From Patescibacteria group bacterium (GTDB lineage Bacteria; Patescibacteriota; Patescibacteriia; Veblenbacterales; UBA10138), in contig JBAZQK010000008.1 in NCBI GenBank assembly GCA_041645215.1, forward strand, positions 1,744-65,743: a stretch of DNA of 64,000 bases, given 5' to 3'. Shown here in pieces: positions 53,538 through 61,900 of the stretch. Numbering within the stretch: position 1 is the first letter of the stretch; the number at the start of each line of letters is the position of its first letter. Made by a program: the position numbers and the translations under genes. The notes below the pieces were generated by a model. The model worked only from the letters and a program-made list of their open reading frames with translations. It made no database searches and was not told where the DNA came from.

Positions 53538-54896
53538 ATGACAGCAACTGACAAAAAAAACGACAAGTTGGCCGCCAGCGAGGAGGAGCCGGTCAATAAA
53601 GTAAAAAAAGTAACTACCCCGCAATTAGTACGGGGTATGCATGATATTTTGCCGGCCGAGTGGCCATGGTGGGATACGGTTTTAAGTGAGGTGGCTACGC
53701 AGGCGGCGACATACGGTTTTGGTCGGATTGAGACGCCGGCGGTAGAAAAGACAGCTTTGTTTACGCGCGCGATTGGCACGGCCACTGATATTGTGGAGAA
53801 AGAGATGTATTCGTTTGTGGACCAATCAGACGATCATTTAAGTTTGCGTCCCGAGTATACCGCCGGTATCGCGCGCGCCTTTATTGAGCATGGTATGTTA
53901 AACTTGCCCCAGCCGGTGAAGCTGTGCGCGATCGGGCCGGTGTTTCGCCATGAACGACCGCAGGCCGGACGTTATCGCGGTTTGTGGCAGGCTGATTTTG
54001 AAACATTAGGGGACGCGTCGCCGGCGTCGGACGCGCAGTTGATAATGGTGGCCGCGTCATTGTTAGAAGGTTTACAGCTTTCGGTTACCGTGCAAATTAA
54101 CAGTGTTGGTTGTTTAAATTGTCGTCCCGCTTACAAACTGGAACTGCAAGATTATTATCGCACTAAACGTTCAGTTTTATGCGAGGATTGTAAAAAGCGC
54201 CTACCGCGCAACCCTTTGCGTTTATTAGATTGCAAACAAGACAATTGTCGTCAGATTGCGGTTAAAGCTCCCCAGTTGGTTGATTCATTGTGTCCGGATT
54301 GCCGTCAGCACTTTGTTAGCGTTTTGGAATATTTGGATGAGGTGGAAATTTCGTATCAACTTAATTCGCAACTGGTCCGGGGTTTGGATTATTATACGCG
54401 GACCGTGTTTGAATTATGGAGTCAGCAGGAGGGGCAGTTAGCTTTAGTCGCCGGCGGGCGCTATGATAATTTAGTGGAAGAATTGGGCGGGCCACCGACG
54501 CCGGCAATTGGTTTCGCGGCCGGGATTGAGCGTTTGATTATTGAAATGAAATCACGCGGCGTGGCGCTGCTAGCTCCGGCCGGAGCCGAAGTATTTGTGG
54601 CTTGTTTGGGCGAGCCGGCTCGTAAACGGGCTTTTAAACTGTTTGATGATTTGCGGCGCCAGGGTGTAAGAGTGGCGGAAAATTTTGCCAAGGACGGTCT
54701 TAAAAGTCAGCTTGAAATTGCTAATCGTCTAAAAGTTAAATTTACTTTGGTGGTCGGGCAAAAAGAATTGATGGACGGCACGATTATTGTGCGCGATATG
54801 GAAAATGGCATTCAGGAGGTTGTTGATTTTAATAAAGTCGTGGCTGAAGTACGGAAACGTTTAGCGGCCCAACAGTCTAATGTGATTTCAACTTAA
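53538..54896 (+). CDS. hisS: Histidyl-tRNA synthetase
   Basis: 452 aa; class II motifs (VRGMHDILP, FRHERPQAGRYRGLWQAD, GGRYDNL), HisRS insertion with Cys cluster, C-terminal anticodon-binding domain. Confidence 0.85.
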   Translation: MTATDKKNDKLAASEEEPVNKVKKVTTPQLVRGMHDILPAEWPWWDTVLSEVATQAATYGFGRIETPAVEKTALFTRAIGTATDIVEKEMYSFVDQSDDHLSLRPEYTAGIARAFIEHGMLNLPQPVKLCAIGPVFRHERPQAGRYRGLWQADFETLGDASPASDAQLIMVAASLLEGLQLSVTVQINSVGCLNCRPAYKLELQDYYRTKRSVLCEDCKKRLPRNPLRLLDCKQDNCRQIAVKAPQLVDSLCPDCRQHFVSVLEYLDEVEISYQLNSQLVRGLDYYTRTVFELWSQQEGQLALVAGGRYDNLVEELGGPPTPAIGFAAGIERLIIEMKSRGVALLAPAGAEVFVACLGEPARKRAFKLFDDLRRQGVRVAENFAKDGLKSQLEIANRLKVKFTLVVGQKELMDGTIIVRDMENGIQEVVDFNKVVAEVRKRLAAQQSNVIST

Positions 54897-55298
54897 ATAG
54901 GACTTAATGAGTCTTTTCCGTCATGCTGAACTTGTCCGCCCAAGGCGGATCTGCCTCGGGCATGATTTCAGCATCTAGTTGTCCACGCCTCCCTCGGCCC
55001 GCCTGCGGCGGTGATTTCAGAATCCCCGATATTAGCCAACAAGAATTACGCCATTATCACTGACAGAATTGTCAGTAGCCACACCGTCAATATGTATGAC
55101 ACCGATCCCACATGGTCGCCGTAAATAAGTATGACACTTAAATATAGAGATTTATCATTAATTTACCCTTAACCACTTAATTAATTTAGTAGGTATGTGA
55201 CCCGGTTATGGCCCCCGCTTGTATTAGCTGATTTGCCTTCCCTATCCTAGAATGATCTATAAGCAGTTGTGATTTTATCCGTTGTAATTTTACGGCCA

Positions 55299-55327
55299 TT
55301 GACAAAACGGCCTGTATACGCTATAGT
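55299..55327 (+). promoter_or_regulatory. Sigma70-like promoter TTGACA-17-TATAGT upstream of the DGR target gene
   Basis: Read directly. Confidence 0.5.
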
Positions 55328-55408
55328 ACTTTGTTACTGTATTGGTACGTACATTGACAATTAACCCCCGAAATAACGGGGACATCATAACACAAATAAA
55401 AATAAAGG

Positions 55409-56047
55409 ATGACGCCAATGAAAAATATCATTGCCCCCATCGAGACCATAACCAAAGGCCAAGCTGGCAGAGCCGCTGACCGATTTATGGAATTCTGTTA
55501 CAAAAACGCCGCATCGCTTCCCAAGGATACGGTGCAACAAGTCCTTGAGGAAGAAGGAGACCAACTGTCGCAGGAGATGTTCGAAGCCTTGCGCAAACGC
55601 GTCGAAGCTCGCTCATCAATGATTGTGCGCCATGTGAAGGTCAATCGCAAGCAGTCACCCGTACAGGTGATTGATGCAACCGGCCGCGTAAAGTACATAA
55701 ACGATGATACCCTGGCAAGTATGCCAAGTGAAGGAGCGGAAGAGGTTGATATGTACTTTTTCAAGCTCGATAAGTACGTGTCCGTCGATGATCTTGACCG
55801 CGAGTATGAACGCTGCGGTCTGGTACCCGACCCCTATGTGCAGTTACAGGCGAATACCGACGACCCTGCTTTTGCCGATGAGCACCCAAATGGTGGTCAG
55901 TGGCGAGACAGCCAGGGCCGTGCCTGTTACATCGCTTTCGGCCGGGACGGCGACGGGCGCAACGTCGGCGTGCGCCGCAGCAGCCTCGACTGGCATGACG
56001 ACTGGTGGTTCGGTGGCGTCCGCAAGCCTCAGACGCTTGGACAATAA
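55409..56047 (+). CDS. DGR target protein with C-terminal variable region
   Basis: 212 aa; the C-terminal ~34 codons (55924-56026) are the variable-region counterpart of the template repeat; ends ...DWHDDWWFGGVRK. Confidence 0.8.
   Translation: MTPMKNIIAPIETITKGQAGRAADRFMEFCYKNAASLPKDTVQQVLEEEGDQLSQEMFEALRKRVEARSSMIVRHVKVNRKQSPVQVIDATGRVKYINDDTLASMPSEGAEEVDMYFFKLDKYVSVDDLDREYERCGLVPDPYVQLQANTDDPAFADEHPNGGQWRDSQGRACYIAFGRDGDGRNVGVRRSSLDWHDDWWFGGVRKPQTLGQ
55924..56026 (+). repeat. DGR variable region (VR)
   Basis: ~93 nt alignable to 56363-56456; 15 differences, all at positions where the template has A. Confidence 0.85.
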
Positions 56048-56082
56048 GTCCTTGGATCGGAATTTTGATCCTTGGTCGTTTC

Positions 56083-56122
56083 AAAAACCCTCTAAGCATA
56101 AGTTGCAGAGGGTTTTATTTTT
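56083..56122 (+). terminator. Hairpin + T-run downstream of VR (terminator; possibly the DGR VR-proximal stem-loop)
   Basis: AAACCCTCT-AAGCATAAGTTGC-AGAGGGTTTTATTTTTT. Confidence 0.6.
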
Positions 56123-56350
56123 TACCACGAGCCTGCTAAGCTAAGTTACAGATAAATCCGAACCTGCGGTTACGGCTCCAGGTTATTTATCCCGCACTGC
56201 CGATAACCAGAGTGGCGCATGGGTACTGCTTGTGGCCAGGGTGTTGCCGGTAGCTCCTTAAAGGAGAGACTTGGTGTAGCGCACTAGGGGATAAGATCCC
56301 AAATACTATACAGCCCCGAGAGTACTCAAGGGGTAGTGCTACGGATGGTG

Positions 56351-56456
56351 TGTTGTACATTCCGCTTTCAACCGGAACGGCGACGAGCGCAACGTCAACG
56401 TGAACCGCAACAACAACGACTGGAATGACAACTGGTGGTTCGGTGGCGTCCGCAAA
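56351..56456 (+). repeat. DGR template repeat (TR)
   Basis: AAC-rich (FNRNGDERNVNVNRNNNDWNDNWWFGGVRK in the VR frame); identical to VR except at 15 adenines; shared GC-rich 3' end GGTGGTTCGGTGGCGTCCGCAA (IMH-like). Confidence 0.85.
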
Positions 56457-56482
56457 TTTCTCCTAATCTCCTGGTTTACCAA

Positions 56483-56824
56483 CTAGGGGATTTTTGTTAG
56501 TTGTTTTTTCCAACCACCCAGCATTTTGCCGGATTCATTGAGTGGCTCTGACAATTGTGCTATTTTTTTATTGTCAATGGCTTTTATTTCCCAGGCTATT
56601 TGTAGAAAGTATTTTAACAGGTCCAGTTTAATGCAGGCTTTGTCTACGATGATAATTTTTTGTTCCCTGGCGGAGTAGGTAGCTATAATGACGAGTTCAA
56701 TAAGTTCTATAAAGAGCAGATTTATTTTTTCTCCCAGCGAATATCTTGTCAGTCGTTCAATATGTGGCAGATAAGAATGCCATAGTTTGTAGGCTTGAGT
56801 TATTTTTTGCAACACCGGTAACAA
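56483..56824 (-). CDS. avd: DGR accessory variability determinant (Avd), four-helix-bundle family
   Basis: ~113 aa; four predicted helices; C-terminal ESGKMLGGWKK resembles the bAvd EVGRILGSWI region. The start is non-ATG (TTG/GTG) because the ORF track M corresponds to TTG. Confidence 0.7.
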   Translation of the reverse strand: MLPVLQKITQAYKLWHSYLPHIERLTRYSLGEKINLLFIELIELVIIATYSAREQKIIIVDKACIKLDLLKYFLQIAWEIKAIDNKKIAQLSEPLNESGKMLGGWKKQLTKIP

Positions 56825-56842
56825 TTTTGCTTGAAAGTAGTC

Positions 56843-56851
56843 GGGGGGGGG
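56843..56851. repeat. G9 homopolymeric tract in the 40-bp divergent avd/RT intergenic region
   Basis: tcGGGGGGGGGtat read directly. Confidence 0.9.
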
Positions 56852-56864
56852 TATAGTTAGGATT

Positions 56865-57899
56865 ATGGGAAATAAAATTCAGTTGCTTCATAATTATCAG
56901 TATATCATTTCTTTGGAAAATTTGCTTGGTGCTTGGCAAGAGTTTGTCAAAGGTAAAAAATCAAAACGGGACGTGCAGCAATTTGAATTGCACTTATTGG
57001 ATAATGTTATTGCTCTGCACAATGACTTAGCCGCCAGAGTATATTGCCATTCCACTTATCAGGCTTTTAGGATTTCCGACCCCAAACCCAGGCATATTCA
57101 TAAAGCTAGTGTCCGAGATAGATTGTTGCATCATGCTGTTTACCGGATACTTTATCCGTTTTTTGACAAAACCTTTATAGCCGATTCTTATTCTTGCCGT
57201 CTTAACAAAGGGACGCATAAAGCCATTAACCACTTTAGGAAGTTTGCTTATAAAGTCAGCCGTAATCATACCAGAACTTGTTGGGTGCTAAAATGCGATG
57301 TTAAAAAATTTTTCGCCAGTATTGACCAGGCAATACTTAAGAACATTCTGGAGTATTATATTCCTGATGGAGATATATTGTGGCTTTTGAGGAGGATAAT
57401 AGACAGTTTTAGTTCTGGTCAGCCGGGCAAGGGCCTGCCTTTGGGCAATTTAACTTCGCAACTTTTCTGTAATGTTTATATGAACGAGTTTGACCAGTAT
57501 GTTAAGCACGGGTTAAAGGTAAAATATTATATCCGCTATGCTGATGATTTTGTTGTTATGTCGCATGATAAATATCAGCTAATAAAACAGCAGGAAGAAT
57601 TAGCCAAGTTTTTAGCAGGCAAGCTTAAACTTAGATTGCATGAAGATAAGGTAATTATTAAATCTTTGGTTTCAGGCGTTGATTTTTTAGGGTATGTTTG
57701 TTTGCCTCATTACCGGGTACTGCGCACCAAAACCAAACGGCGAATATTTGGCAAGTTACAACGAAAACAGTTAGCGGTGCGGCAAGGTTTAATACCGCCA
57801 GCGTCACTTAACCAATCAATTCAGTCTTATTTAGGCGTGGTTAAACACTGTAACGGTTTTAAGATTGCGCGCCGGATTAAGGAATTAACAGGTAGTTAG
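56865..57899 (+). CDS. DGR reverse transcriptase
   Basis: 344 aa; RT motifs incl. YADDFVV (motif C) and LPLGNLTSQLFCNVYM (motif 4 as L-G-x-x-x-S-Q, the DGR-RT hallmark instead of QGxxxSP). Confidence 0.85.
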   Translation: MGNKIQLLHNYQYIISLENLLGAWQEFVKGKKSKRDVQQFELHLLDNVIALHNDLAARVYCHSTYQAFRISDPKPRHIHKASVRDRLLHHAVYRILYPFFDKTFIADSYSCRLNKGTHKAINHFRKFAYKVSRNHTRTCWVLKCDVKKFFASIDQAILKNILEYYIPDGDILWLLRRIIDSFSSGQPGKGLPLGNLTSQLFCNVYMNEFDQYVKHGLKVKYYIRYADDFVVMSHDKYQLIKQQEELAKFLAGKLKLRLHEDKVIIKSLVSGVDFLGYVCLPHYRVLRTKTKRRIFGKLQRKQLAVRQGLIPPASLNQSIQSYLGVVKHCNGFKIARRIKELTGS

Positions 57900-58114
57900 T
57901 TCACCATTTTGATTTTTTGACTTGACGAGAGACTTTAAAAACGGTACAATATATGTATTGATTTATTCGGTTTGTCATTAATTATATTTATAGATAAGGA
58001 GGTGACCCCGCAGTAGTCCGATGTCCATCGGACACTACGGGGCGAGACGAAGTGATAAACAATCAACTCGTTTAATCAACTTATATAGGTTTATAATTTT
58101 TTAGAGAAAGGAAG

Positions 58115-58399
58115 GTGACCAGCGTGATAGAAGTTAAGCGTAAAGAGGGCGAGTCGGTGGACAGTTTAATTCGCCGTTTTTCCAAAAAAGTTCAGCAGTC
58201 GGGTCTGATTATCCGTACCAAAAAGCGCCAGCATTTTGTTGCTCCATTATCTAAAGGTGAACAGCGGGTCGGAGCCCTGCGGCGGCAAAATATTCGCGAG
58301 CGCAAGGAGTACTTGCGTAAGACCGGGCAGTTGGATGAAGAAGAATTACGTAGCCGTAATCCGCGGGTACGGGCTTTAATTAAACGCGGTTTGCGTTAA
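58115..58399 (+). CDS. rpsU: 30S ribosomal protein S21
   Basis: VIEVKRKEGESVDSLIRRFSKKVQQSGLI...KRQHF; basic tail. Confidence 0.8.
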   Translation: MTSVIEVKRKEGESVDSLIRRFSKKVQQSGLIIRTKKRQHFVAPLSKGEQRVGALRRQNIRERKEYLRKTGQLDEEELRSRNPRVRALIKRGLR

Positions 58400-58403
58400 T
58401 TTA

Positions 58404-58439
58404 TCCGCCTCCGTCCTCCCAAGGAGGACTACGGCGGAT
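58404..58439 (+). terminator. GTCCTCC/GGAGGAC-family hairpin after rpsU
   Basis: ATCCGCCTCCGTCCTCC-CAA-GGAGGACTACGGCGGAT. Confidence 0.5.
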
Positions 58440-58469
58440 TATACCAAATTAATTTAGTGACTTGAGTAT

Positions 58470-58940
58470 ATGGTCGAATTGACAGTTAGCCAAAAAATTG
58501 AACAGGCTATGAAAACGGCCGCTCGGGCGCGCTCGGCTGATTTAGCGACCCTGCGTTTATTAAAGGCGGCCTTACAAAATGAAGCCATCGCCTTTCGCGG
58601 TAAGGGGCAAACGCTGACGGCGACGGATGAATTAACCGTCGTCCGGCGCGAGTTAAAGCGGCGTCAAGAAGCGGCGGAATTGTACAAAAATAATAATCGT
58701 CCCGAGCTAGCCGCCCGGGAGGAAGCCGAAGTCCAGGTTTTACGGCGTTATTTGCCGCCGGCGCCGGCAATTGAAGAGGTCCGGCAGACTATTAAGAATT
58801 TGCAACAGCAATTGGTTTTGAGCGGGCCAGCCGCCGCCGGCCAGCTAATTAAAGCCGTGCTGGATTACTACCACGGAGCAGTTGATGGTTCCACTGTTAG
58901 CCAAGAGGTCCGTCGTATTTTAACTCCAGACAGCCGATAA
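58470..58940 (+). CDS. GatB/YqeY domain protein
   Basis: 156 aa; helical; YqeY family pattern (LKAALQNEAIAFRGKG...). Confidence 0.7.
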   Translation: MVELTVSQKIEQAMKTAARARSADLATLRLLKAALQNEAIAFRGKGQTLTATDELTVVRRELKRRQEAAELYKNNNRPELAAREEAEVQVLRRYLPPAPAIEEVRQTIKNLQQQLVLSGPAAAGQLIKAVLDYYHGAVDGSTVSQEVRRILTPDSR

Positions 58941-58957
58941 AAATTAAACTACGTTCC

Positions 58958-61900
58958 ATGGCCAAATGGTTTAAAGCCAACACCTTCCTGATTTCATACC
59001 GCCGGCGACTGATCGGCGGGGTGAGTATTTTAATCGGCGGGCTGTTTGGGTTTGCTAAACCAGCCTGGGCGCAAAATGCCGGTTTAGAAAATTTGAGCCA
59101 GGCCGGGGTTAACTTGGGCAATCAGGATTTAATTTATACCGTCGCCCGCCTCATTAATATCGGCCTGGGCGTGTTGGGCGTTATCGCCGTGTTGTTAATT
59201 TTGTACGCCGGCTTTATTTGGATGACCTCGCGCGGCAATGAGGAAAAAATTACCCAGGCTAAAAAAATACTTTCGGGCGCGGTAATCGGTTTAGTTATAA
59301 TTTTAGTCAGTTTCGCGGTGGCGTCTTTTATAATTAATAAATTAATTGGCGCCACCGGCGGCCGTAATGGCGGCGGGCCGGTAGTCTGCGCTGATGGTTT
59401 GCCGCCGCCGTGTGTTGGCTTTGACAGATTGCAGGTAGTGTCAACTTCGCCTAAGCCCCAAGCCGAAGGTGTTAAATTGTGCAAGCGGGTGCAGGCGCAG
59501 TTTAATGAGAAGCTCGACCCCGGCACGGTAAAGAATAGTGCCGTCAGAATAGTTGATACCAAAAACACGGCGGTGGCCGCCGATGACGAGACTGTGGCCG
59601 GAACGTTCGCGGTTAGCAATAAATCATTTAGTTTCCGCCATCCTGATTTTGCCCCCGGTAGTCGTTATCAGGCGACAATTGCCAGTGGCAGCGCCGGCGT
59701 TAAAGATATTCGCAATCGCTCGTTGCGAGAGGATAAAAAATGGTATTTTACCACCGGTACCGAAACTGACGCGGTTTTGCCGCAAGTAGTCAGGGTTGAG
59801 CCCGCGCCAGCGTCAACTACGGTTTGTCGTAATACGCCAATTCAAGTGGTGTTCTCGGAAGAAATGGATGCAACTACTTTGAACAGCAATAATATTATTC
59901 TTAAGGATAGCGCCGGTTCTGTTATACCGCTGGCGGATGTGGACGCGGGTAGTGACTTTAAATCAGTGACGATTTACGCCGCGGCGGTGTTGGCCGCTAA
60001 CAGTAGTTTTACCGTAACTTTAAAAAGCGGTCCGGATGGCATTGCGGACGCTTGCGGCAACCAGCTTGATGGTAACAAGAATGGTAAAGTTGACGGTACG
60101 CCGGCCGATGATTATTCTTGGAGCTTTACCACTGGTGAAATCACTGAATGTAAGCCAGTGCTGAATGACTTGTTGCCTAGCAGCGGCTATTACGGCGATG
60201 AAACAATTTTGAGCGGAAAAAATTTTGGCATTACCGGTGAAGTGATGTTCAATAATTTTCCGGCTGATAGCAACAGTTGGGGCGGCAGTGATAATGTTAT
60301 TTGTTGGGGCAGCGGCGCTTGTCTGGCTAACACCATTAAAGTTAAAGTGCCGGTCGGTTTTGAGCTTGGTCGATTTAATGATGTCGCTGTCAAAGTTAAG
60401 GTCGGACGGGAATCAAGCGCTGACAAACCATTCGCTTTGTTGTCGCCATACGTGCGGGCGCTTAGCCCTAATCACGGCCCGCCGGGGCAATTTATTACCG
60501 TGTTTGGTTTGAATTTTGGCACTACCGTGGGCACGGTTAAATTTGGCACGGTGTCAGCCGAACTCGCTTGCAGTGCCAGTAACAGTTGGTCGGATCGTGA
60601 AATCGTGGTTAAGGTGCCGGCCAGTTTAGCTGTGGGCGATTATGAAGTACAAATTTTAACAACGGCTAATAAACCCAGTAACAAGAAAGATTTTACGGTT
60701 GATAATAGTCTTTTAGCCCCGGGTTTATGCGAAGTGCGGCCGCAGTGCGCCGCGACCGCCGGCGGAGCAATTGATGAAATTGCCGGCACGCGTTTTGGCG
60801 CCAGCCGCGGCCGTAGTGTTATAAATTTAGCTGGCTATAATATCGCGCCCACCGGACAATGGCGCGACAATTTAATTAAGACTACGCCAGTGCCGGCTGA
60901 TTTGAGCGATGATAATCACCTGGCGCGGGTGGTGGTTAATAATTTAATGAGTAATGCCAGGTATTATGACATTCCTTGCGTCGGTGTAATTTATCCCGAG
61001 GTGGTGGAAGAGCGAACTTGTGAATTGGAAACGCAAACCCCCAGCCCCTGGAAAGATAGCAGTGAGGCGTGTAAGAACGGTCTTATTTCCGCGCGTTTTA
61101 CGGTGCCGATGGCCGCCGCGACTTTAGCGCCGGTTAATATAGTTTTGCAAAAATGCGGGAGCGGCGCCAATTTTGACGCCAGCGCCTGCCAGCAAACAGT
61201 TAATTTAGTTGATATGGATACAATTCCGGCGGGCGAGGATTCTAATCCGATTGGTTTTTTTGCCGCGCCGGCCGGCGGCTTGGCGGCTAATACCTGGTAT
61301 CAAACAACTATTAAGACCGCCGTTACCAGTTCAACCGGCAGACCCTTAAGGTCGGAATACAAATGGCATTTTAAGTCGCGTACTGATACAACCAATTGCG
61401 CCATCAATAAAGTCAGTTGCGCGCCGCCGACAGCTTATATTAGATCACTAGCCGGTCCGGATAATACTCAAGCCTATAACGCCAACGCGGTCGCTAATAA
61501 TTGTAATTTATTAAACCAACAATCTTACAATTATACTTGGACCTCGTCGGATAATTCTAAGGCGACTGTCAGCGCCGGGGTTTTGAATTATAAAGCGGAG
61601 GCCGAGGCCAAGGATTGGACCAGCGCTGACAATCCAGTTAAAATCAAGGCCCGCATTGATAGTGAAAATAAAGAAGGTTTATGTAATTTAAATATTTCTA
61701 CCACCGCCTGTCGGGAGAATAAGGATTGCCAAGCTTGCGGGCCCGGCGTATCAAGTTGCGTCGCCGGCAGTTGCACGCCGGTAATAAAAGATTTTTCGCC
61801 GGCCGATGGCGCGGTCGGAACCTGGATTACTATAGATGGCTGTTACTTTGGCGAAACTCAAGGCCGGGTGCTCTATACTAAGGCCGGCAGTGGAACAGTT

